From assembly GCA_900754855.1 (NCBI GenBank), contig CAAEEI010000016.1, forward strand, positions 1 to 43,124: a stretch of 43,124 nt of DNA, in the 5' to 3' direction. The stretch is from Lachnospiraceae bacterium. Its GTDB lineage: Bacteria > Bacillota > Clostridia > Lachnospirales > Lachnospiraceae. Under the pieces are notes generated by a model that searched no databases, was not told where the DNA came from, and worked only from the letters and a program-made list of their open reading frames with translations. The translations under genes were made by a program, and so were the position numbers. Numbering within the stretch: position 1 is the stretch's first letter; the number at the start of each line of letters is the position of its first letter. This document shows positions 29,281 through 36,720 of this stretch, piece after piece.

Positions 29281-30360
29281 ATGTCCACGGCATATTTTTA
29301 TCTCACCGGTGAGGGAAAACGTCTGGCTGAAAAATTAGCTGCTTCTCACCCTGGAGATTTATACGGAAAAGATAACTTTAAACACCAGCTTCAGGAAGCC
29401 TTTCACCATTACGACTATCTCGTATGCATCATGGCTACGGGTATCGTGGTTCGCATCCTTGCTCCGCTCATTGTCCATAAAACCAGCGATCCCGGTGTGG
29501 TCGTCCTCGACCAGAAGGGGCGTCATGCCATCAGTCTCCTCTCCGGACATCTCGGCGGCGCCAACGATCTGGCTCGTGAAATGGCTTCTTTGTCCGGCGG
29601 GGATCCGGTCATTACCACAGCCACTGATGTGGCCGGCGAAATTTCTTTCGACAGTTTTGCCAAAGAACATCATCTGGCCATTGAAAATATTCAGATTCTG
29701 AAACGAATCAGCGGCGCTCTTCTGGATGGTAAAACTGTTCAGGTAATCACAGACTACCATTACCCACAATTAGAAAAAATCTCTGCAGAAGGAAAACTCA
29801 AGCTTATTTCTGCGCAGACAGTAATAAAGACCATGACGCATAATTCCAAGCCTCCTGTTCTGGCAGAAGCATTCCCAAACCTGCCTACGGTGGTCATTGA
29901 CGAAGGATTACAGCTTCCTGATTTTAAAGATGTTCTTTATCTTCGTCCACGAACCATCTGCGCAGGCATCGGCTGCAAACGGGGTATGGACGCGGATTCC
30001 ATCAGAAACGCGCTTCTTTGTGTGCTGAAAAAAGAGGGACTCAGCCCTCTTTCTCTCAAATGTATCAGTACAATTCCTTTAAAATCAAATGAACCTGGTA
30101 TACTGGCTACTGCCGATGATTTACAGGTTCCTTTATCTATTGTTCCCACGGAACAAATTGAAAATCTGGACATTTCTCATCTGAATATCCAGACTTCGGC
30201 ATTTGTTTCCGAAAAAACCGGCGTTCCATCCGTATCCACCGCCAGCGCCTACATTTCCTCCGGCGAGGGAAAAATTCTACAGGATAAAGTAAAATTTAGA
30301 GGCATCACCATCGCCTTATGTCAGGAGATCACTCCTCAATCACCCGAAGAACCTCTTTAA
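29281..30360 (+). CDS. cbiG: Cobalt-precorrin-5A hydrolase
   Basis: IMATGIVVR, KTSDPGVVVLD, SLLSGHLGGAN, VITTATD, GIGCKRG and SAFV..GVPSV. Confidence 0.95.
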   Translation: MSTAYFYLTGEGKRLAEKLAASHPGDLYGKDNFKHQLQEAFHHYDYLVCIMATGIVVRILAPLIVHKTSDPGVVVLDQKGRHAISLLSGHLGGANDLAREMASLSGGDPVITTATDVAGEISFDSFAKEHHLAIENIQILKRISGALLDGKTVQVITDYHYPQLEKISAEGKLKLISAQTVIKTMTHNSKPPVLAEAFPNLPTVVIDEGLQLPDFKDVLYLRPRTICAGIGCKRGMDADSIRNALLCVLKKEGLSPLSLKCISTIPLKSNEPGILATADDLQVPLSIVPTEQIENLDISHLNIQTSAFVSEKTGVPSVSTASAYISSGEGKILQDKVKFRGITIALCQEITPQSPEEPL

Positions 30361-31105
30361 ACTCCATTTCTCCACCGAATAGATCCAGGGCACTTCCGAT
30401 GGTCACATCCACACGGTTTTGCCCTAATTTTTTCAGCAGACGTAAATCTTCCATTTTCCCTACGCCTCCTGCATACGTTACCGGAATGCCTTTCCAGGAT
30501 CCTAAAAGTTCAGCAATTTCCTGTTCTATCCCACTGGCTTTTCCCTCCATATCTACAGCATGAATTAAAAATTCGTCACAATATTCTGCCAGTTCATCTA
30601 AAATCGCCTCATTAAGCTGTGTATGGGTAAACTTCTGCCATCGATCTGTGACAATATAATATTGTCCATCTCTTTTTCGACAACTTAAATCCAGCACTAA
30701 TCTGTTTTTCCCTACCGCCTGAATCATCCGCTTCAAATTATTTTCATGAATACGACCGTCCCGAAAAGCAAAGGACGTAACAATCACATGGGAGGCCCCC
30801 TGCTCTAAAAAATATTTTGCATTCTCACTATTCACCCCCCCGCCAATCTGTAATCCACCGGGATATGCCCCCAGTGCAAGAACCGCCTGTTTTACATCCG
30901 CTTCGTAATACTGGCTACCCACCGGGTTTAACAAAATAATATGACCGCCGGACAGCCCCATCCCCTTATATAACTCCGCATAATAATCACCGTCTTTTTC
31001 CGAAACAAAATTATCCCGGGCAAAATCCCCCTGATCCAGTAAACTTCCACCCACAATCTGTTTCACTTTACCATTATGAATGTCTATACAAGGCCTGAAT
31101 CTCAT
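30329..31105 (-). CDS. hisA: ProFAR isomerase, eukaryotic (His6-like) subtype
   Basis: MRFRPCIDIHNGKVKQIVGG, LQIGGG, HVIVTS, LVLDLSCR, DRWQ, EFLIHAVD.EG, TYAGG and TIGSALD. Confidence 0.92.
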   Translation of the reverse strand: MRFRPCIDIHNGKVKQIVGGSLLDQGDFARDNFVSEKDGDYYAELYKGMGLSGGHIILLNPVGSQYYEADVKQAVLALGAYPGGLQIGGGVNSENAKYFLEQGASHVIVTSFAFRDGRIHENNLKRMIQAVGKNRLVLDLSCRKRDGQYYIVTDRWQKFTHTQLNEAILDELAEYCDEFLIHAVDMEGKASGIEQEIAELLGSWKGIPVTYAGGVGKMEDLRLLKKLGQNRVDVTIGSALDLFGGEMEFKEVLRVIEE

Positions 31106-31112
31106 CTTCCCT

Positions 31113-31355
31113 TTACTCCTTTCTCAGCCACTCCCGGACTTTTTCCAGAGTCTCCCCTACTACTTCTGCAATCTTTTCTTCCTGAAACCCTTCCTGGTAT
31201 AAACGATTGGTTATATTTCTCCGGGTTTCACTTCGACCCAGTTCCATCCCTTCACTTCGGCCCAGTTCTATCCCTTCGCTTCGACCCAATTTTATCCCTT
31301 CATTTCGGCCGTCTTCCAGCCCGTATCCATAGATCTCTTCGCTGACTTTACACAT
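31113..31355 (-). CDS. Small protein resembling the C-terminus of Rpn / PD-(D/E)XK nuclease-transposase family proteins
   Basis: MCKVSEEIY, then EG.xLGRS repeats and an HTH-like tail (EEKIAEVVGETLEKVREW). Has its own SD AAGGAGG. Confidence 0.7.
   Translation of the reverse strand: MCKVSEEIYGYGLEDGRNEGIKLGRSEGIELGRSEGMELGRSETRRNITNRLYQEGFQEEKIAEVVGETLEKVREWLRKE
31227..31322. repeat. Four imperfect 24-bp tandem repeats
   Basis: ttcacttcgacccagttccatccc / ttcacttcggcccagttctatccc / ttcgcttcgacccaattttatccc / ttcatttcggccgtcttccagccc. Confidence 0.9.
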
Positions 31356-31470
31356 TTCTTCCCATCCTCCTTCTTTCTTTCACGCATGAACTCTTCTGAA
31401 CAGGGCCCCATGACTGGTGTCTTCCGGGTCTGCGGTTTTCATCAGAGTACAGTCTCCATATCCATCTATG
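31356..31470 (-). pseudogene. Decayed upstream remnant of the Rpn/PD-(D/E)XK gene
   Basis: In frame with the 80-aa ORF it reads LMKTADPEDTSHGALFRRVHA*KKEGGWEE-MCK, with TGA at 31380-31382. No nuclease domain is present further upstream. Confidence 0.55.
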
Positions 31471-31510
31471 GAAAATATATATTCATAAAAATATACTTTA
31501 ATTTGAATAA

Positions 31511-31539
31511 ATTATACACGGATAATAAAATAAACGCAA
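31511..31539 (-). promoter_or_regulatory. Putative sigma-A promoter for the Rpn-like mini-ORF and hisA
   Basis: TTGCGT, 17 bp spacer, TATAAT. Confidence 0.6.
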
Positions 31540-31568
31540 GTAGTTTTTTGGAATATTTTGTAATTTTT

Positions 31569-31603
31569 AAAAAAGAAAACCCGGCAGTTAACAAACTGCC
31601 GGG
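31569..31603 (-). terminator. Intrinsic terminator of the pilus operon
   Basis: Perfect 10-bp stem CCCGGCAGTT / AACTGCCGGG with a 4-nt loop (31580-31603), followed on the minus strand by TTTTCTTTTTT. Confidence 0.85.
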
Positions 31604-31679
31604 AATAGATTTATATCAGAAGTTTTATTTTCTCTTGGCCTTTTCGTTGCCTTTTTTCTTTATTGTCATTACAACAACT

Positions 31680-33245
31680 TTAGCGATCGGTATGTTTTTT
31701 TCTGCGGACAATAACTATGCCGCCAACCACTACGGCTGCTGCCAGCAAACCAAGGTACATGGCAATTGGATTTTCATCACCGGTTTTAGTGGAACGGGAA
31801 CTGCGATTACTTCCACTGCTTCCATTTTCATTGGTATCGTTTCCATTGCTGCCGCTGCCGCTTTCCGTGGTGCTGGTCGATGGTTCTTCATAATAACCAT
31901 CGTTATCTTTTAAGGTATTGGTAATGTTTACCGTAGCGCTCAGACTGTCTTTGCTGAGATTCACATTTCCTTCCCCGGTTACCACATACAGAAAAGAATT
32001 TTTATCCACCGGATTCCCCTGTTCATCGGTCTCTTTTACCGCATAGGTAATCGGATCCTCTCCGCTGCTTCCTCCTAACGGCACCTCTACGGTAACCGAA
32101 CCATTATTTTTCAATGTAACGACTTCTATCGGCATCGTACTGGTCTGCCCCTGATCGTCCACCGGGAAAATACCTGCATAAAAGGTATCCTGCGACGTCA
32201 CCATCTGACCATCATTCATTATACTTTTGGTAATCGTAATCCCTCCCGTATAGTAGAAACCATCCGGAAGATCACTGTAGACATTACTGATCACCGCTGT
32301 GCCGATGCTGTCCGGATCCTTTTCCAGAGAAATTTCCGGCGCTCTGTCGTACCCTTCGGCCAGAAGTTCTTCCCCGGCCATACAGTAAAACGCTCCATCG
32401 GTTCCCTGCATTTTCAGATACTCGATAGGCTTGCCATCTGCTGTCGTCTCAAAAATATAATATGGCTGATCGGTAATCGGAATATTGGAAAAACTGACGG
32501 TTCCACTGTTTCCGTTGATGATATGCACCGGCTTTACCGCATTGTCCTGCCCACGATAAGGATATTTCCCCTCCGGATCGGTGAACAGTCCGATATAATA
32601 AGTCGCATTTTTGGTTTCCACATCCATCAGGTCGCCGGCGTCCAGCCCTTTCAATTTCTTCGTTACGTCAATTCTGCCCAGGGTGGTGACAGGATTGACT
32701 TTCGGTTCGATTACCATGTCATACTCCCATGTGGTCTGTGTTCCATGAGGAATGGATAACACAAACGGGCTAAAAGTACCATATGCGTTGACATTGGTCT
32801 GTACGATCAGATACATTCCCTGTGATAAATCACGGAATGTCACCTTACCCTCAGCATCTGTACGAAGGCTTCCTGCAGCCGCTATTTTTTTCGCTTCCAC
32901 CGCATTCAGCAAAGTTTCCGCCAAAGCCGTGTTGGCCTCGCTGTCTGGAATATCATTGAGATCAACTTTTTCATCCTTCAGCTCATCCACCAGAGAAAAG
33001 TTTAAATATCCCTGCGAAGTATCCAGATTGCCAACACGATAAACTGTAATCTCAACATCTTCATTATCCATGTTGCTCAGTTCAGGAAGCTTAACCGTAA
33101 TACTTCCCTTCTGGTTCGCATCATACGGCTCCGAAGAAGTTTCTCCGGCCTGCACCCTGGAAAAACATCCAAACATCAGCATCACTGCCAGAAGAGCCGT
33201 GGTCACTACCCCATATTTTTTCATTTTATGCAGTATTTTTTTCAT
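31680..33245 (-). CDS. Cell-wall-anchored pilin-like protein (probable basal/ancillary subunit)
   Basis: Signal peptide, a pilin N-domain (TDAEGKVTF..GMYLIVQ..PFVLSIP..IEPK), two repeated beta domains, an S/G/N-rich linker, then STKTGD, TM and RRKK. Confidence 0.75.
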   Translation of the reverse strand: MKKILHKMKKYGVVTTALLAVMLMFGCFSRVQAGETSSEPYDANQKGSITVKLPELSNMDNEDVEITVYRVGNLDTSQGYLNFSLVDELKDEKVDLNDIPDSEANTALAETLLNAVEAKKIAAAGSLRTDAEGKVTFRDLSQGMYLIVQTNVNAYGTFSPFVLSIPHGTQTTWEYDMVIEPKVNPVTTLGRIDVTKKLKGLDAGDLMDVETKNATYYIGLFTDPEGKYPYRGQDNAVKPVHIINGNSGTVSFSNIPITDQPYYIFETTADGKPIEYLKMQGTDGAFYCMAGEELLAEGYDRAPEISLEKDPDSIGTAVISNVYSDLPDGFYYTGGITITKSIMNDGQMVTSQDTFYAGIFPVDDQGQTSTMPIEVVTLKNNGSVTVEVPLGGSSGEDPITYAVKETDEQGNPVDKNSFLYVVTGEGNVNLSKDSLSATVNITNTLKDNDGYYEEPSTSTTESGSGSNGNDTNENGSSGSNRSSRSTKTGDENPIAMYLGLLAAAVVVGGIVIVRRKKHTDR

Positions 33246-33295
33246 TATATGCCTCCTTTTCCTCTCTATCCTTTTTACCGATTACTTTTCCTTTC

Positions 33296-34186
33296 TTATT
33301 TTGTCTTCTTTACTTTCTCTTTCCGACCTCTTTTCCTGTTCAGCCATAATTTCACCACACCGATACCAATAATCGTAACGCCAAGGCCTGCGATAAGGAA
33401 AAACATGTAGTAATCCTCCAGTAAACGCCGAATATTGTCCTGCGGCGCATGCTGAACATCCTCTTCGTGATATTCCGTACGCACGCCCCGAACCAGCAAA
33501 CGATGCGTGTTTACCCCGTATGGCGTACAGGTAAATAATGTGACATAATCTTTTCCTTTTTCTATCTGCATCGCCCGATCCAAAGCCTCATGATCATCTT
33601 TATCTACCATCGGTAAAATCTGATCGACTTTATATGCCAGAGTCTGATCCAAAATATGAATATAAAATTCATCTCCGGCCTCCAACTGATCGATGTCTGT
33701 AAAAAGTTTAGCGCTGGGAAGACCCCGGTGGGCGGCCAGTACGCTGTGGTTGTTTTCTCCCCCGATGGGAAGACCTGTTCCCTCAATATGCCCGATCCCG
33801 GTCTGCAGCACCGTATCGGAAGTACCATGATAAATCGCCAGATCTACATTAATCTTGGGGATGGTCAGATAACCCATCATCCCATCGCCATTAATATTCA
33901 GTACCTTTTCATACTCTGTATCTTCCTGACCATCTGTTTCTTCTCCAAAAACACCGTCCGTTTTCGGTGCATTGACCGTAATTTTGTCATTATAACGCTT
34001 TGCCTTTTCCCATTCTCTGGTAAAATCCTCTTCCTCATAGGCTTCCGTCATGGCCTGATAATTACTAATCAGCTTACTTTGACGATAGGTATTCCACTGA
34101 TTGGAAATCGTCGGGTAGGCCAGTATGCCAAATCCCACCAGAAATAACAGGGCAAAAAGAACATTGATTATTTTTCTTTTCATCAC
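33296..34186 (-). CDS. srtC: Class C (pilin-specific) sortase
   Basis: GHIEGTGLPIGG, AAHRGLP and TLFTCTPYGVNTHRLLVRG. N- and C-terminal TMs. Confidence 0.95.
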   Translation of the reverse strand: MMKRKIINVLFALLFLVGFGILAYPTISNQWNTYRQSKLISNYQAMTEAYEEEDFTREWEKAKRYNDKITVNAPKTDGVFGEETDGQEDTEYEKVLNINGDGMMGYLTIPKINVDLAIYHGTSDTVLQTGIGHIEGTGLPIGGENNHSVLAAHRGLPSAKLFTDIDQLEAGDEFYIHILDQTLAYKVDQILPMVDKDDHEALDRAMQIEKGKDYVTLFTCTPYGVNTHRLLVRGVRTEYHEEDVQHAPQDNIRRLLEDYYMFFLIAGLGVTIIGIGVVKLWLNRKRGRKEKVKKTK

Positions 34187-34220
34187 AACTCCTGTTCGTT
34201 TATTCTTTATAATTATTTTT

Positions 34221-35078
34221 TCATTTTTCCTGTTTCTTTTTTAATTTTTTATCCCTGATAAACAATATAAGAATAAACCCACCGGTTATCCCCAGTCCGA
34301 CGCCTACCCATAACAGATAATTGGTATGTAAGCTGACGCCAAACTGATTGTGACCGTTTTCCTCTTTCACCACAGACGGGTCATACGGTACCCGATAACC
34401 GCGAACAAGCAGCCGATGACTGTTTACCCCATACGGCGTACAGGTGAGCAGCGTAACCAGATCTTTTCCCTGTTCCACACCCAGAAGTTCTGTCTCCTCC
34501 GGCTCTACCACATCGATCCGATCCACTTCATAACAAAGGGTATCGTCCAGAATATGCAAAAGGAAATGATCTCCTTTTTCCATTTTATCCAAATCTGTAA
34601 AAAGCGTGGCGCTCGGTAACCCCCGGTGAGCGGATATAACCGCATGGGTATTTTCCCCGCCGATCGGAAGGGAACTCCCCTCCAGATGTCCCGCGCCAAT
34701 CTCCAACACCTTCTCATCGGTGGTGTGATAAATCGGCAGTTCCACATCAATCTTCGGAATATCCACGATACCCATGGTCTCGTCTCCGTTGATATTCAGA
34801 CATGCCATATAGGCTTCATCTCGGTTGGAAGCTTCCGCAATAGCAAAAGAATCCGGCAGGATCATCGGCATCAGCCGATCGTTATAGGCTTTGGCTTTTT
34901 CCCATTCTGCTTCAAAATCAATCTCCTCTTTTCTCGATTCCATATCCTGCTTATAGCTGGAAATTAATTTGCTCTGCCGGTAGCTGTTCCACTGATTGGC
35001 TATAAAGGGATACAGCAACAGGGACAACCCGGCTAAAAATAACACGGTCACTACTATGATGTTTACTTTCTTCTTCAT
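34221..35078 (-). CDS. srtC: Class C (pilin-specific) sortase
   Basis: GHLEGSSLPIGG, SAHRGLP and TLLTCTPYGVNSHRLLVRG. N- and C-terminal TMs. Confidence 0.95.
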   Translation of the reverse strand: MKKKVNIIVVTVLFLAGLSLLLYPFIANQWNSYRQSKLISSYKQDMESRKEEIDFEAEWEKAKAYNDRLMPMILPDSFAIAEASNRDEAYMACLNINGDETMGIVDIPKIDVELPIYHTTDEKVLEIGAGHLEGSSLPIGGENTHAVISAHRGLPSATLFTDLDKMEKGDHFLLHILDDTLCYEVDRIDVVEPEETELLGVEQGKDLVTLLTCTPYGVNSHRLLVRGYRVPYDPSVVKEENGHNQFGVSLHTNYLLWVGVGLGITGGFILILFIRDKKLKKKQEK

Positions 35079-35120
35079 CCGACCTCTCCTTATTGTTGTA
35101 TTTTTTCCATTTTCACATTA

Positions 35121-35168
35121 AGCCGAGGTGGGAATTCCACCCCGGCTCATGTATGTAACCCTGGTTAC
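35121..35168 (-). other. Stem-loops between the backbone pilin and the sortase genes
   Basis: AGCCGGGGTGG-AATTC-CCACCTCGGCT (35121-35147) and GTAAC-CAGG-GTTAC (35155-35168). No U-tract follows. Confidence 0.65.
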
Positions 35169-35204
35169 CTGTTATTTATTCGTTTTTTACTTTCCTGTCA
35201 GGAC

Positions 35205-36605
35205 TTACGCTCTTTTGCGTGTAGCAAAGAAGAGACCTGCCGCTGCGATCATGATCGCACAACCTGCGATGGTAAAGATGGTTGTACCGATACCACCGGT
35301 GGATGGAAGCGCGGAAAGTTTATAGTTTGCAAGTTGGGCTGTTGCAGTAACGGTTGCTGTTGCTTCCGTCATACCTTCTCCTAATGCTAATGTAGCGTTT
35401 ACATCTACTCCACCTTCCTTATTAGCAATATGATATCCTTCCGGCGCAGTTGTTTCTTTAAAATTATATGCTCCAAGATCTAAACCTTTCAGTACTAAAG
35501 TTCCTTCATTTCCAGTAAATACTTCTGTAATACTACCGGTTGGATCATATGTATAAACTCCATTGTCACCTGTAAATGTCAATGCCTCGCTAGATCCTGC
35601 TTTTTTTACTTCAAATCCTGCTCCCGCAAGTTTCTTTAATTCATCTTCTACATCATATTTTGTCAGTGTAATCGTTCCTGTGTATACGTTTACTGGTTTA
35701 CTATCAACTTCAACTCCAGAGATATGGGAACCAGCAGTATTGGTTATTCCATCCACTTCTGTAACTTTTACCGTATAAGTAACAATAATATCTTTACCTG
35801 CATTTGCATTGTTATTAAGAATCAGTTTCGATAAATCAATAGAAAAACCGTTATTGGTCACAACAAATCTTTCAGCTCCGCCAAAGACCGAGTCTTTTCC
35901 CATTTGAATACTTGCTTGTGCTCCTTCTCCTGTAAGGTAATATTCTGCACCGGTAAGAGTATCCGTAATTTCAAAAGTTTTGTCACTATTATTCGGGTCA
36001 ATATATGGCACTTTGGTTTTGATGGTATAAGTTAAGATATCTCCTACAGCAACTACTTTGTCATTATCTGTAACTTGTTTTGTTACTGTAGTAGGGGTTT
36101 TCTTCGCCTCTAACACAGCTGATGTAAGTTCTGGATATGTACCTCCACTAACAGGGCCAAATCCAACATAGGCTGCCATATTATTATAAGTATATCCTTT
36201 CTCTTCTGCTATAATCGCATATATACCTGCACTACCAACGGTCTGTGGGTTAGCCATTACTTCAAAATCATTTTTACAACCATTAACGATTCCACTTAAT
36301 GCAGCTGCAACCTCACTACTTAATCCATTACCATTTTCAATCAGTTTATTTATTGCGTCCTGATCATCACTTGCTCCAAACGCACTTATATATTTATTTG
36401 CATATTCTTCTTTTACAAACTCCCATCCTGTTACCTTCTTAGAATTAGGACGAATTACCTGCACATATTTAAAGGTTGCGCTTTCTGCATTGCTTACTGT
36501 AATTGTTACATTACTTGTACCTGCCGCAAATGCCGTCACTCCCATTCCCATTACCATTGCCATGGTCATTAACAGGGCAATTAATCGTTTCATTTTTTTC
36601 TTCAT
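35205..36605 (-). CDS. Backbone (major) pilin, SpaA/EbpC-like
   Basis: Signal peptide, isopeptide D2-type segment (VTKQV..GDILTYTI..ITDTL..VTYTVKV..N), E-box YNFKETTAPEGY, then LPSTGG, TM and RKR. Start at ATG 36605 after AAGGAG. Confidence 0.9.
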   Translation of the reverse strand: MKKKMKRLIALLMTMAMVMGMGVTAFAAGTSNVTITVSNAESATFKYVQVIRPNSKKVTGWEFVKEEYANKYISAFGASDDQDAINKLIENGNGLSSEVAAALSGIVNGCKNDFEVMANPQTVGSAGIYAIIAEEKGYTYNNMAAYVGFGPVSGGTYPELTSAVLEAKKTPTTVTKQVTDNDKVVAVGDILTYTIKTKVPYIDPNNSDKTFEITDTLTGAEYYLTGEGAQASIQMGKDSVFGGAERFVVTNNGFSIDLSKLILNNNANAGKDIIVTYTVKVTEVDGITNTAGSHISGVEVDSKPVNVYTGTITLTKYDVEDELKKLAGAGFEVKKAGSSEALTFTGDNGVYTYDPTGSITEVFTGNEGTLVLKGLDLGAYNFKETTAPEGYHIANKEGGVDVNATLALGEGMTEATATVTATAQLANYKLSALPSTGGIGTTIFTIAGCAIMIAAAGLFFATRKRA

Positions 36606-36720
36606 AATTATACACTCCTTTTCCGGGATTACTACCATTATTTTTTGTTTAAACGTACTACTTTTTTGTCTTTTACCATCTTAGCGGTTGGTTTCCGCTG
36701 AAAAGAATGGAAGAAAGAAA

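Noticed and set aside
31227..31322. 24-bp repeats as a possible CRISPR array
   Set aside because: They are contiguous with no spacers, coding and in frame, and there are no cas genes. The same applies to the repeats at 39858-40141.
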